Made by a program: the position numbers and the translations under genes. The notes under the pieces are model-generated. The model saw nothing but the letters and a program-made list of their open reading frames with translations. It was not told the origin of the DNA and did no database searches. Positions 9,844-22,421 of a stretch of 64,000 bases of DNA are shown in pieces (the stretch's first letter is position 1; each line of letters starts with the position of its first letter). Origin of the DNA: Penicillus capitatus (lineage: Eukaryota > Plantae > Chlorophyta); contig OZ287694.1 in the NCBI GenBank assembly GCA_965649825.1, positions 2,150,540-2,214,539 of the forward strand, given 5' to 3'.

Positions 9844-12800
9844 TTAACCTTTTGTTTTCAAATACCCTGACAGTCCCGGAAAGTTTTCATCAAATTCTTG
9901 TCTCAAATGCACAACAAATTTGTCGAGGTCTTTCTTGTCCCACTCTCCGATTTTTTCAGAAGAAGTTGTATGTGAAACGAGAGAACCTCTTTCGGAATCG
10001 GAAGGAAAGTCAAGCGTAAAGGCATTTTTTAAAACAAGTAGCAAGAAAGCTCCTGTATACGTATGAGGGGAAAAGATAGCCAAAAGCGTAATCTTTTGAA
10101 CGTTAAGATTGAATAGTGTCTTTTTAGCGACTTCGTGTACATAAAACTCTTCGTCGTTGTACCGTTTTTGAAGCAGTGGCAGCAGGTCGTTCGCAAGGTG
10201 CGGTACTGCTTGAGCGATGTCGCCGATAGCCTGCGTCGCCTCTCCGCGCACATCAGAGTTTTCGCCGCACGCTTTCTGAAGCACCGGCAACAAGACTCTT
10301 GCGAGATGCGGCAACGCTTGGACGATATCGCCGATGGCCCGTATCGCACAACAACGCACGTGGGAGTCTTCATCGATGCATCCTTTCTGAAGTACCGGCA
10401 GCGAGTCGCCCGCAAAGTGTGGAACCGCCTTTGCGAGGCTGCCGATTGCCGATATCGCACTTCTGCGAGCGACCGAGTCTTTGTCGATGTACCTTTTCTG
10501 AAGCACTGGCAGCAGGTCGCCTGCGAGGTGTGGCGTCGCCTTGGCGATGTCGCCCAAGGCTGATATCGCACTGGAGCGCATGCTGGAGGCTTTATCGGCG
10601 CACCCTTGTTGAACCACAGGCAGCAAAACGCCCGCAAAGTGCGGCACCGCCTGAGCGATGTCGCGGATGGCCAACATCGCACTCCCACGAACAACCGAAT
10701 ATTTGTCGCCACATCCTTTCTGAAGCACCGGCCACAAGTCTCCCGCGAGGCGCGGCACCGCTTGGAAGATGTCGCCGATGGCCCGTATCGCACAACAACG
10801 CACGTGGGAGTCTTCATCCATACATCCTTTCTGAAGTACTGGCCACAAGTCTCCCGCGAGGTGCGGCACCGCCTTAGCGAGGCTGCCGATTTCCAATATA
10901 GCACTCTTGCGCACGACAGAGTCTTTGTCGACGCACCCTTGTGTAACCACAGGCAACAGGTCGCCCGCGAGGTCCGGCACCACTTTGGCGATGTCGCCCA
11001 TGACCGATATCGCACTGGCGCGCACACTGAAGGCTTTGTCGACGCACCCTTGTTGCAGTACAGGCAGCAGGTCGCCGACAAGGTACGGCGCCGCTTGAAC
11101 GATGTCGCGGACGGCCTCCATCGCACTCCTACGCACGTTAAAGGCTTTGTCGACGCACCCTTGTTGAATCACCGACATCAAATCGCCAGCAAGGTGCGGC
11201 GCTGCCCTGGCGATGTGACTGATTACCAACATTGAATTGGAGCGCACACTGAATCTTTCGTCGACGCACCTTTGTTGGAGTACAGGAATCAGGTCGCCTA
11301 CAAGGTGCGGCGCCGCCTGAGTGATGTCGCGGATGGCCTCCAGCGCACTCCAGCGCACGTGGGAGTCTTCGTCACCACACTTTTCCTGAAACACCGGTAG
11401 CAGGTCGCCTGCAAGTTGCGGTATTTCCTTTGCGATGGTTTGCAACCTCGCTGTGCCATCTCGTAGACGGCGCCAATATGCAGCTTTCGTGTTTAGTTGC
11501 AAAAACGACCTTATGTCGCCAACATGCTTTGAAGAGTGCTTTGCAAGCTTGAGCACATCCTTGATTTTGTCTTTTTCCTTCCACGTTAAGTTTCGTGAAA
11601 TTTCCAGCAGTGTCTTTGTCTTATCAAAGGTATCGTTGAGTATCTTAGGAAACTTCTTCAAAACGCAGGAGCATTGTTCGAAGTGTTCGACCACGATTTC
11701 GCGGATTAGAACGTTGTCGATTGTTTTTTCTAACAACAAACGGGCACCTTCGGCGACCTTGATTGCTTGTCCGTCTTTCACGAGACTCTCCAGACCGGCT
11801 TCGTCTGCCTCTTCTATTGTTGCCTCGAGTGTTCGCATTCTCAAGAAGAAGTGATGTACGCCGAGAAGTTCGACGGGCTGTCGATCGACGATCGAGAGCA
11901 TCTCTTTCAACGCTTTCTTGCTTCGGCCTTTCGCAAAAGCGTGCATCGCGAAGGACAGTGTCAAGGCATGCTTTTTATTATACTTCCCTTCCTCAATGAA
12001 ATCGTGCACCCGCGTCTCCTCGTCCGATCCCTTTTGCTTCAAGCTTCTCGCAATGTATCTTCCGGCAAAGTACTCTTGAAACGTCAGGTGCGGAAACTGG
12101 TACTCTTGGCCCTCTAACACGAGCAACAAAAGACCGCTTTCTTTAAAGGTCCAAGCCGCATCCTTAGACGTCGCGTTCTCCATAACAAATCTCTCGTGGA
12201 TGAGAATCACTCCTTTCCGAAGACCTTCGAAGGCAAGTCTCTCCAAATCTCCAAAGACTTCCGACTTATTCACGTTTCCTGCTGATGGCTTCTGTTCAAA
12301 CCTCTTCCAGACATAGTTCGCCATGTCGTTGTATATCTGAAACGCGCTCGCTCTCCTTCCTTCTTGAATCACCGTGCCGTGCTCCTTCGACAATGAACAA
12401 AGAATGTGTGCCGTCACCGGAATATGCGCCATCTCCCACATGGAGGCAGAGCTCTCGAGAGAGCGGATAAGTCTCGGAGCTTCGTCTGCTGCCAATTCGC
12501 TCCTTATGTAGTCCCGTAACTGTTGGTCGTTGAATCCAAGGCATTCCACTTGAATGTCGACACGCGTCTCTACGTTTCTCATATTGTATGGGCGCGACAG
12601 CAACAGAACTTTGCACGAGCGGCTCCAGATGTTGGATATCAGATCTGTCGAGTGGTCGTTTGCCTCGTCCAGTCCGTCAACTGCGAGCAATGTCGAAGGG
12701 CTGTCGAGGTCATCGTCTATCTGAGCGACGAGGTCTTCGCAATCGCAATTGCGCTTTCCTTTCGAGAAGCATATTTGAGAAATCGCCTCCTCGAGGCCCA

Positions 12801-14803
12801 TCGGTTGCTGCCCTTTGTGTTCGATACCGTTCAAAACTCGCACCGGAACAACGTAAACGGCATCGAACTCTTGAGCCATTTCTCCCAGTGCCCATCTGTG
12901 CGCGATGACTTTGGTGATGCACGTCTTTCCGGAGCCGGGATTTCCGTAGAGAAGCACTCTTCGAATCTCGCTCTCCGGGACTCTGGGCTTCAGGCACCGT
13001 CGCTTGAACAAGTCTTCTAGAGCGATGGGCTTTGTGACCCTCCTCTTCTGCTCGTAGTATTCTTCTGCTTGATCTCTCCTTCGGTCTAACGATCCCTCTT
13101 CTCTTTCTTCGGCCTTGCGGATATCCGTTTCTGTTTCGTTCTCCGATGTTAGCTCTTGTTCTCCAACGACTTCTTCGGAGATGACAACGTGATGCTTCAT
13201 TCCTTTGACGTGACTGCGCAAGCCTTCGCCGAACAAAGAGGCCACCTTCATAACAAGGCACGTGTCCATTTGAACGTGCCCCTCATGACAATACCGTTGC
13301 GAAGTCACCGTGCAGGTATCTTTTTCTCAACTGTTCTTTTTTCGTGTCCACCATTCCAAGTGGAATGTACCCTACGTCTCGGCCGACCACGACAAATAAC
13401 TCATTGCGTTTCGCCACTGGCCTTCGCGGGCTTCGAGCTCGAAGCTTGTTCTTGAGGCTTCTTCCACCCAACCATTGCGTTAAGGCTTCTGAGGCAAAAC
13501 TCTCGCAAGACTGTTGCAGGAGCTGGAATGCTTCCTGGAGCTTTTCAGCGCCCTGGTCGGTTTTATGGATCGTGTATATGACGTCCAGGAGCGCGACGAG
13601 AACGTCCGGATCACCGATCCATCCTTCGTTGACCGCTTCTTGGGTTGCCAGATCCAGCAGCTTCTTTGTCGCTTCTTCTCGAGCGCTCGCTATCGATCCT
13701 TCCGCCGCCAGTGTGCCTAACTCTTGAATGATGCCAAATCTGAGCGCCTTCAAGTCCTCTCCTTTTCGCATCGTTCGTTGGTATTCCATCGCAGCAATGT
13801 ACTCGAATTCAAAAAACGCGAGATGCGTATCGTCCTTCGATGCGTCAAGCCTCGCCGCCATCAGGTTTCGAAAAAGGTCAAACCACGGTCGCTTCGACAC
13901 GCCAACATTGGCAGTCATCTCTCGCAGTCTTCTGTTTGAATCCTCGATTTCCTCGGGGTCAATATCAAAGCTCGCCAGATTTCGGACGCAATGGAGAACG
14001 TGCAGGATGACGCACATTCCGAGAGCGGCACGACGCATCGCTTGTGAGAGAGGCAGGGAGGTGTCTTTGGGATCGAGGCGTTCCACTGCTTGACGAAGCG
14101 CTTTGAAATGGAAGCTCACTGGGTAGTACTTGCACGATAGCTCCATCTCGTTCTCCATCTCGGCGATGACGCGACGAAGCTTTTGCTTCTCTTTATCTTC
14201 GATATTGTTGTTATTGGTCTTAATAAGCAGAAATAGAGTTTGCTGAAGTGCATGAAACGTTGCCTCGTGCTCTGCAAAGTTCTCTCTTGAGATTATTGGT
14301 TCTGGGGAAAGGCTGGCCAGTAGCTTCCTCGCAATGACCATGAGATCTGCCACGCCGCCGTACGCGGAAGCGTCGACATGTATGAGTGCTCTGCAGAGGG
14401 CCATGGGCAGATTCTTTGCAGAAAGCTTTCGCTGATGAAGGCACGAACCGAGAGCACAGACCAGATTCTTCAGAACTTCCTTGTCCTGCGTGGAGCGGGG
14501 AGCAATCTTAGCCAGTTCTGCATACTCGAGGACGTGCTTCGGTTTAAATCGGTCGTCTCCACGTTCGTCGTATCTGCGCAGCCAGTGAAGGAGAACGCTA
14601 CGCTCGGTCCTATTCGTCGTGGCGTTGTACGCCGTCACCAGCGACTTTGTGCTCTCTATGCCGTATTTAATGGCGACGGCACGCAGGAGCTTCGGGTCGT
14701 CCAGTTCTTCGACGTCCGAGTCGCTCTGGCATGATTGACTGCTGTCGTCCGACGCGGACGTTCTCTCAGCCGTCGGTCCCTCGACTGAAGCTTGTGGTTC
14801 CAT
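9844..14803 (-). CDS. NLR-like STAND protein: ~500-aa helical N-terminal domain, NACHT NTPase, C-terminal HEAT-repeat array (1636 aa, one 49-nt intron at 13246-13294)
   Basis: Walker A GNPGSGKT (12922-12945), Walker B LLAVDGLDE, VLLLSRP, IPVTAHILC and winged-helix YQFPHLTFQEYFAG. A GT-AG intron joins ...LHGDFAT|VASLFGEG in frame. ATG at 14803 (MEPQASVEG). Confidence 0.9.
10114..11412 (-). repeat. Coding tandem array of 11 full plus 1 partial 111-bp (37-aa) HEAT-like repeats
   Basis: Consensus AGDLLPVLQKGCxDxxSxVRxSAIxAIGDIAQAVPHL. Unit starts fall at 111-bp intervals (11412, 11301 ... 10857 ... 10302); unit 11 is one codon shorter. Confidence 0.95.
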
Positions 14804-15699
14804 TCTCGGACACACCTGCACAGAGGAAAATAGTAACGCTACACAAACAGTACGCAAACAAGCTTACCGTTTCAGCCTTATTCAAATGTTCGCAGCAAAT
14901 TTCGCAGCGGAAATGGCGAATCGGAATCTTGTACGTCAGTTGCGTTTCGATGACGCTAATTGTAAATGACGCGACTTAAAACTAGACGGATTGTTGGCTG
15001 CCATGCTGAAAGTCCAAGCCAACTGTGGCACTCTTAACTCGGCCTCGATCGATCTCTACTGCTCCGGGAGGATGCCTTCGTTCAAGTCAGAATCCCATAG
15101 AATGACCACAGCCGGACCCACCTGCAGGACGAGGCCGATCAAGACAGAATGCAGCACTGGACATAAAGACACGTACAGAGGAGTCTTTAATCTGGGACAA
15201 AGAGCCGATGACTGTTCTCGAACCTGCCACTGAGTTCTTGATGAGATGCGAAGGAAGGTGAGTGAAAAAGCCAGTCCATAACGGTCTCTCTTCATACAAA
15301 GACAGGGTCTCTCTCCAGTGCCAGATCGATCGCTTCCACGGAGATGGGGATGGCAGACATCGAAACAACATAGCTCCCGACATCACTGTCGTCCATCGTA
15401 ATGTGGATTCGAGCACGATTCTCTAAGGCACTGCCAGAGATCTTCAGAGTCTTCTCAGCGTCGATACCCACATACTCCCGCCCGTTTGCGTGTCCCTTGA
15501 GAGGATGTGTTCGTAAGACAGAGCGCCGCCACCTAGGGTTTTGCGCGCCTTGGTCTGAGGAACAGCGCTCGTCTTCCGTTTCAGCAGGGCGACGGCAGTA
15601 GCATTGCTGCCGGCCAAGGGAGCAGAGTCATCAGGGGGAGATCATCACTGGATCCAGTCGCATTACTAGGATTGTCGGACAGGAGATGTGCGGCAGACA

Positions 15700-17350
15700 G
15701 AGACCCAGCACCTCTGCCGTTGTGGCTCGTGCTTCGACCGACACCACCTGCTCGGCGTCCCTCGACGTTACATACACAGGAGAGGATTACCTTGTACGAA
15801 GAAAGTGCCTTGTGCTCCCGGCCGGACGCCCCAAGGTATGGATGCAGTGTAGACGCTTCGAGTCGTTGAGACGTCTGTCGCCCTTCGGTGAACAAACGAC
15901 AGGCTGATGTGACGTGTCAGTACGACTTCATGCGTCGTTCTGTCGAAGCGTTTCTTGGCATCCATCGTCCTCCAGCTGAAATCCTCGCTGCCGAGTCGCG
16001 ATGCGATCCCACAGACCTTCAAACGATCCGCCAACGATTTGGAAGCAGCCGGAAGCAGCAATCGCTTACCTACGCTGCCTTCTCGCAGTGGCTGGGCATC
16101 CATCGTCTCCTCCCAGCCTTCCAGCAGCTCCTGTGCACTGCCATTGACGCGACAGGCGTCCAGCAGATCACTTACCACTCCTTTCTGATCGCACTGGACA
16201 ACGAGAAGCGCGTCATTCTGATTCTGATGACTCGAGATCTGCCCCTCGTCGTTTCCCAATGCCTCGCATGGAATACCGTCTCCTCTTCTGACAGTGACGT
16301 CCAGAGCATCGTCCAGGGACTGCAGCAGCTCGGCAGCGATGCAGAGGTGTGGTACGATACATACCCTGTCTTCGGTCACACTCTTCACGCAATGATACAC
16401 GGGTTCCGTTCCGAACGGACTGTCGATACTGGTCCTCTGTTGGTCCATGACTTCCCCCGTCTGCTCCTCTCGCCTGCCTGCGCCTTCATCCTCGCGTCAA
16501 GTACTGCTCCACGACATTCCACCGACACTTTCGCTCCTCCTCTTTCCAGATCTGAAATGGAGTTGGCGTAAGCAGTGGGAACTGATCTTCTCGAGCGAGC
16601 GGGATGGACAGAGCTTCCAGACCTGCATCGGCCGCGTGCGTAACCGAGGCGTCACTCTTCTCGTCCTACGAGATGAAAAGTGAGATCACACTTCTGTGGA
16701 GTGACCTCTGTCGCCAACCCGCTTCTGTAGCGGTGCCGTGTTTGGAGGCCTGGCTCCGATGCCGTGGCAGCCCAGTGGGCGGTTCTACGGCGATCCCACC
16801 GGTTTCCTCTTCACCCTGAGGCCCTCGCTCCGAATCTTCAAGCCATCCGGATCTACGAATCAGAACTACCAGTGGTAGCCTCTCCCTGCCTCTCTAACCA
16901 CGCAGCTGCTCGATCTCCCCAAGGTGTGGAGAGAAGTTCAAGGAACTGCCGAACGGATTCGGGTTCGGCGGACAGGTCGAGTACTACGGCCTGTTCTTGG
17001 ATGCCTCTTTCGACTCGGGCATGAGTCTCCCCAACAACACCTACGAAGCACCGACCCTCTCTTCCACTCCACACTTCAAGCCCGAATGCGTATGTCGTCA
17101 CTTGCATACCGTATTTTCACAGGCGTATGCAACCGTAGATTGAAGTCTGGCTCGTCGAACGATCTGGAGACGACCTGCTTAACGACCAGCCTCAGGGCAG
17201 CGTCCTCGATCGGTCTGCACCTTCCGTTCGCAGCACGTCTGTTAGGCTTCGACGTTCAGGTACAAGGAAGACCAGCGCGTCATGTCGCTCATCGGCAAGG
17301 GCCTTCACAGCGATGGCTACCGTGATGTGACGTCGGAGGACGGACTGTAG
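15700..17350 (+). CDS. TLDc-domain protein (TLDC1/MEAK7-like), multi-exon; start uncertain
   Basis: WELIFSSERDGQSFQT...GAVFGGLAPMPWQPSGRFYGDPTGFLFTLRP...GFGFGGQVEYYGLFLDASFDSG...IEVWLV...SVLDRYKED. Stop TAG at 17348-17350. Confidence 0.85.
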
Positions 17351-17402
17351 GAGGGTATGTAAGCAAACGCCCCCTCGTTTGTTGTTTCTTGCATTCAGAC
17401 CC

Positions 17403-20400
17403 ATGTCTTCAACGCATCGTCGCTGTACCGCGACGCCCTTCGTCTTGCCGCGCTCACAGTTCGTCTTCACTTGTCTCACGCGACTGCCTCCAGCACGAAG
17501 CCACAGCACTCGGGGATGGACACGCCTGAAGGCTCGACCGGCACATCACGCCCATCATGCCACCGAGGAAACGCACGCTGTCGAAGTGGCCGACCTTGAG
17601 ACGATCCTCCAGGAGAAGGGCGCATGCGGCGTCGGTTTCATCGCCAACCTCAAAAACGAACGCGCACACGAGACTCTCGCGAAGGTAACCTCCTGCACCT
17701 CTCCAACCGACCCCCGCCGACGCACGCCCTCTCCGCCAGGCGCTGCGCGCTTTGGGCTGCATGGAGCATCGCGGTGCATGTTCGGCTGACGACATCTCTG
17801 GCGATGGCTCCGGAGTGATGACGCAAATCCCGTGGGCTTTGCTGCAGAAGGAGTTCCCTACGGTCGACGAGAAGACGACAGGCGTCGGCATGGTCTTCCT
17901 TCCGCATCGAGCTGGTCTCGAAGACCGTTGCATCCAGATCTCCGAAGAGATGTTCGCTCTGGAGAACTTCGAAGTCTTGGGCTGGCGTGACGTGCCCATC
18001 GATGCGTCCGTTGTGGGTCGCATCGCCAAAGCGACGCAGCCGTTTATCAAACAGGTCCTCGTCCGGAGCAAAGACGGCCTGACGGGTGATGCCTTGGAAC
18101 GGGAACTCTTCATCGCGCGGAAGATGATCGAGCGACAGAAGGATGCAGAACTGGGCCTCGATGCCGATGACTTCTACTTCTGCACGATGTCCTGCCGCGT
18201 CATTGTGTACAAGGGTATGCTCCACGCATCGGCGCTGGGGAGTTTCTATCGGGATCTGGTGAATCCGCTTTACACGACGTCGTTTGCCGTGTACCACCGA
18301 CGGTTCAGTACCAACACGCGTCCACGGTGGCCGCTGGCACAGCCGATGCGTTTTCTGGGCCACAATGGCGAGATCAATACCTTTCAGGGCAATTTGAACT
18401 GGATCTCCAGTCGAGAGCATCGACTGAAGCATCCGATCTGGAACGGCAGAGAGGCAGACTTCCGTCCACTCTGCAGCGCCAAGGAATCCGATTCTGCCAA
18501 TTTGGATCGCGTCGCCGAGTTCTTGGTGAAGGGCGGTCTCGAGGCGGCCAAGACGGTGATGGTGCTCGTGCCCGAAGCCTACCGCAATCATCCCGACCTC
18601 GTCAAGAACTACCCAGAGGTGATCGACATGTACGAGTTCTACGAGGGGCTGCAGGAGGGTTGGGATGGCCCAGCGCTGATCGTTTTCTCAGACGGCATCC
18701 GTATCGGTGCCCGTCTCGATCGCAACGGTCTCCGTCCAGCACGGTACTGGGAAACGGCCGACGGTTATGCCTATGTCGCCAGCGAAGTGGGCGTTCTGGG
18801 CGACGTCGAGTCCAACGCCGAACAGACCATCGTGAAGGGCCGTCTGGGTCCCGGTCAGATGGTCTACGTCGATCTGGAGAGCGGTTCCTTCATGGAACAC
18901 GCAGAGGTCAGCAGAGCCATGGCCTCGACCAATCCCTACAAGGAATGGATGCGCAACAGTCGATGGCTGGGCAATCTCTCTCCCGAAGAGTTCATCTCCG
19001 AGTGCACCATGAGTGCCGATGTCTTCCTCCGTCTTCAGTCGGCTCACGGCGTCAGTCTAGAAGACAATCAGCTCTACATCCACCACATGGCAGAGACAGG
19101 CACGGAGCCGACGTACTGTATGGGAGATGATATTCCGTTGGCTGTCTTGTCGGACAAGCCGCAGGTGATCTACAACTACTTCAAGCAGAGATTCGCCCAG
19201 GTGACGAATCCGCCCATCGATCCGTTGCGCGAGGGACTGGTGATGTCGCTGGAGATGCGACTGGGCAGTCGAGGGAATCTGCTGCAACCGGGGCCAGATG
19301 CATACAACCAGATGCTGCTGCGAAATCCGATCATGTTTGAGAAGCAGCTTCGCGTCGTCCAGGAAGACGCCGCCCTCAACACGCGAACCTTCGAGATCTT
19401 CTTCGCCGCCGAGAAGAGCGGCAGCCTCAAGGCGGCAGTGGAAGATCTGTGTGAACGTGTGGCCCAGGCTGTGCACGACGGATGTCAGTGCATTGTCCTT
19501 TCGGATCGTCTGGTGGCGGACATGGACAGTGACAAGGTATGTTCGTTCGCTGCCTCCTGTCGAAGGAACGGAGGACGAAGCTGCGGTGCAGGTACCTATT
19601 CCGGCACTGATCGCGACGGGCGCCGTTCACCAGCACTTGATCAAGACGAAGCTGAGAGTAGAGACGTCGATCGTGGTGGACACCGCCCAGTGTCTGACAA
19701 CCCACCAAGTGGCCCTGCTCATCGGGTGACCTCTCCCCCTGTCACCCGTATCTGTTCATACGGGCTGGGTGTTGCAGGTATGGAGCGCATGCTGTCTGTC
19801 CCTATCTCGGATTCGAGAGCGCTCGTCAGTGGAGACTATCATCCAGGACGGTGGCGCTGGTGAAGTCCGGTCGAGTTCCGGACGTTTCGATCGAAGACAC
19901 ACAGAAGAACTATCACTTGGCGTTGAAGAAGGGACTGTTGAAGATTCTGTCCAAGATGGGCATCTCGCTTCTGAGCTGCTACCACGGCGCCCAGATCTTC
20001 GAGATCTATGGACTGGATCGAGACGTGGTGGACGTGGCGTTCACTGGATCCGTCTCCAGAATCGGCGGCATGAATTTTGGAGATCTGCAGCGCGAGGCGG
20101 AGGCCCTCTGGATCAAAGGCTTCCCAGACGTCGAGATGAAGAAGCTGGAGGACTACGGTTTCATCCAAGCCAAGAAACGCGGCGAATACCACGCAAACAA
20201 CGGCGTCATGGCTAAGCTGCTGCACACGGCGATCGGTCTCGGCAACTCAGGTGGGTGACCCATTGGATCCTGCGCAGCTGTGCCCCTCACTGTCGAGTGT
20301 CTAGGCGAGAAGAAACTAGAGGCGTTCGATGCTTACCTGCAGCATTTCGACGAGAGTCCGGTGTCAACGCTGCGAGACTGTCTGGAATTCACGACGCATA

Positions 20401-22421
20401 TCCAGCCGGTGCCGATCGATGAGGTCGAGTCGATTGCTTCGATCATGAGGCGTTTCTGCACGGGCGGTATGTCACTGGGTGCCATTTCCCGTGAGACCCA
20501 CGAGACAATCGCCATCGCGATGAACCGCATCGGCGGCAAATCCAATTCGGGAGAGGGCGGAGAGGATCCCGTCCGGTGGAAGATTTTGAAAGATACAGAG
20601 AACGGCGGCTCTGATCTGTTGCCGCACTTGAACGGACTGCAGGATGGAGATACGGCGACGTCTGCTATCAAACAAGTGGCATCCGGTCGCTTCGGCGTGA
20701 CGCCTCAGTTTCTGGTCAATGCAGATCAGCTGGAGATCAAGATCGCCCAGGGGGCAAAGCCTGGAGAGGGAGGACAGTTGCCAGGCAAGAAAGTCTCTCC
20801 CTACATCGCCAATCTGCGTCGATCCAAGCCAGGCGTGCCGCTCATTTCGCCGCCACCTCATCACGATATCTACTCGATCGAAGACCTGGCGCAGCTCATC
20901 TACGACTTGCATATGGTCAATGCCCGTGCCAAGGTTTCGGTGAAGCTTGTCGCTGAGGCTGGTATCGGAACGGTCTCCTGTGGAGTGGCCAAGGCGAATG
21001 CAGACGTCATTCAGGTGTCTGGCCACGATGGCGGCACAGGCGCATCACCTATTAGCTCGATTAAACACGCAGGGGGTCCCGTGGAGATGGGTCTGGCAGA
21101 GGTGCATCAGAGCTTAGCCGCCAGCGAGCTGCGCGATCGTGTGGTCTTGCGTGTGGATGGGGGTATCCGTACGGGGAGAGACGTGTTGATGATGGCGGCG
21201 ATGGGCGCCGATGAATACGGGTTCGGAACGGTGGCCATGATCGCGACCGGCTGTATTATGGCCCGAGTGTGTCACACGAACAACTGCCCCGTCGGCGTGG
21301 CGACGCAGCGAGAAGATCTGAGAGCGCGTTTTCCTGGAGTGCCAGCCGACCTGGTGAACTTCTTCGAGTTCGTGGCCGAGGAGGTTCGGGCAGGTCTGGC
21401 GTCGTTGGGGCTGAGATCGCTGGACGAGCTGATCGGCAGGACAGAATTTATCCGACAGAGAGATGTCAGTTTGGCCAAGACCACCCATCTTGATCTCTCA
21501 TTCTTAACCAAAGACGCCGGCGCCGTCGGCCGTTCGTCTGAGAGAATCGCCCAGCCGACGCACAGCAACGGCGTCGATTTGCTGGACGATCGTATTCTGG
21601 ACAATCCCGATGTGCAGAACTGCATCCAGAACCAGACAAAGTGTGAGAAGGAGTATGAGATTGTGAATACGGATCGAGCTGCGCTGGGTCGTGTCGGCGG
21701 CGCCATTTCGAAACGTTATGGCGACGACGGCTTCGAAGGCACCCTGTCGTTGCGTCTCTTTGGCTCGGCGGGACAGTCCTTTGGCTGTTTTATTGTCTCA
21801 GGGATGAAGATTCGTCTGGAGGGCGAGGCCAATGACTACGTGGGCAAGGGTATGGCTGGCGGCGAGATGACGATCGTTCCGCCGCCACAGCTGCCCATCA
21901 AACCCGAGAAGGCATCGATTGTGGGCAATACCTGTCTCTACGGCGCCACTGGCGGAACGCTCTTCGTTAACGGCCGCGCCGGCGAGCGCTTTGCCGTTCG
22001 CAATTCCCGTGCCGATGCCGTGGTGGAAGGCACCGGAGATCATTGCTGTGAGTACATGACTGGCGGCTGTGTCGTCGTTTTGGGAACGGTTGGGCGCAAC
22101 GTTGCTGCGGGGATGACAGGGGGACTGGGGTACTTCTACGATGAGATCGGGGATTTCCCCGACAAAGTCAACAGCGAGATCGTGGCGATGCAACGTGTGG
22201 TGACCGATGCCGGAGAGCAGCAGCTCCGGACATTGCTGGAGGCGCACGTGGCCGAGACGAACTCTTCCAAAGGCAAACGGCTTTTGGCAGATTGGGATCA
22301 GGAGCTCAAAAAATTCTGGCAACTGGTGCCGCCGTCCGAGACGTCCACGCCGCAGGCCAACGCCGTCGTCGAGGGCAACGTCGTCTCCCAAGACGCATCC
22401 CGACCCCTCGTGCGTCCCTGA
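17403..22421 (+). CDS. GLU1: Ferredoxin-dependent glutamate synthase (Fd-GOGAT), plastid-targeted, about 4 introns
   Basis: Transit peptide followed by the mature N-terminal ACGVGFIA; [70 protein letters not shown] (3Fe-4S) and GXGXG domain. Stop TGA at 22419-22421. Confidence 0.97.

Noticed and set aside
10114-11412. Regularly spaced repeats that could be mistaken for a CRISPR array.
   Set aside because: The units are contiguous, in-frame 111-bp coding repeats without unique spacers, there are no cas genes, and the DNA is eukaryotic.
17454-22391. Long antisense and alternate-frame ORFs over Fd-GOGAT, and likewise over dynein, the NACHT gene and others.
   Set aside because: These are shadow ORFs expected in GC-rich coding DNA. 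They have no recognisable motifs and overlap well-supported genes.
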